Virus record (IMG/VR): IMGVR_UViG_2541047751_000012
Origin: a virus
Lineage: Duplodnaviria > Heunggongvirae > Uroviricota > Caudoviricetes
Length of the DNA stretch: 5,451 nt
Direction: 5' to 3' (one strand)
A model generated the notes under the pieces. The model ran no database searches. It was given only the letters and a program-made list of their open reading frames with translations, and was not told the origin of the DNA. The translations under genes and the position numbers were made by a program. Positions 5,242 through 5,451 of this stretch are shown one piece after another (position 1 is the first letter of the stretch; every line of letters begins with the position of its first letter).

Positions 5242-5451
5242 TGAACCGCCCCGGGAATCCTGGAGACTAAACTTCCTGAGAAAGAGGTAAACAGGATGAC
5301 TAAAAATACTCGTTTTTCCCCCGAAGTCCGTCAACGGGCAGTCCGTATGGTTCTGGAAAGTCAGAGCGAATATGACTCACAATGGGCGACAATTTGTTCC
5401 ATTGCTCCAAAGATTGGCTGTACGCCGGAGACTCTGCGTGTCTGGGTTCGC
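5242..5451 (+). mobile_element. IS3-family insertion sequence, left end (IS629/IS1203-like from memory); continues beyond the window
   Basis: A terminal sequence TGAACCGCCCCGGGAATCCTGGAGACTAAACTTCC begins at 5242, followed 54 nt later by an orfA-type gene. This matches my recollection of the IS629 left inverted repeat and leader. The change in gene orientation and content at this point is abrupt. Confidence 0.8.
5296..5451 (+). CDS. IS3-family transposase OrfA (helix-turn-helix), N-terminal 52 codons; partial at window end
   Basis: ATG at 5296 preceded by GAAAGAGG at about 8 nt. The translation [52 protein letters not shown] matches the IS629-type OrfA N-terminus as I recall it. Open to the end of the window. 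Confidence 0.85.
   Translation, partial: MTKNTRFSPEVRQRAVRMVLESQSEYDSQWATICSIAPKIGCTPETLRVWVR

Overview
This window reads as the left arm of a lambda-like (lambdoid) prophage, probably from an Escherichia/Shigella-type host, with every phage gene on the minus strand. From left to right it holds a lambda-family tyrosine integrase (1-1143), an overlapping excisionase (1133-1369), two small accessory genes, and then a tightly coupled block: two paralogous modular proteins flanking a small Cys-rich gene, an Ea22-like coiled-coil protein and a TraR/DksA-type zinc-finger protein. Further right are a short intrinsic terminator and a small gene with an ambiguous start that overlaps a 27-aa hydrophobic ORF. 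The phage operon is then cut by an IS3-family insertion sequence (IS629-like from memory) whose left end lies at about 5242 and whose orfA runs off the window. No tRNA, rRNA or CRISPR array is evident, and the att site must lie left of position 1. All family names are from reading the translations and recall, not from a database search.
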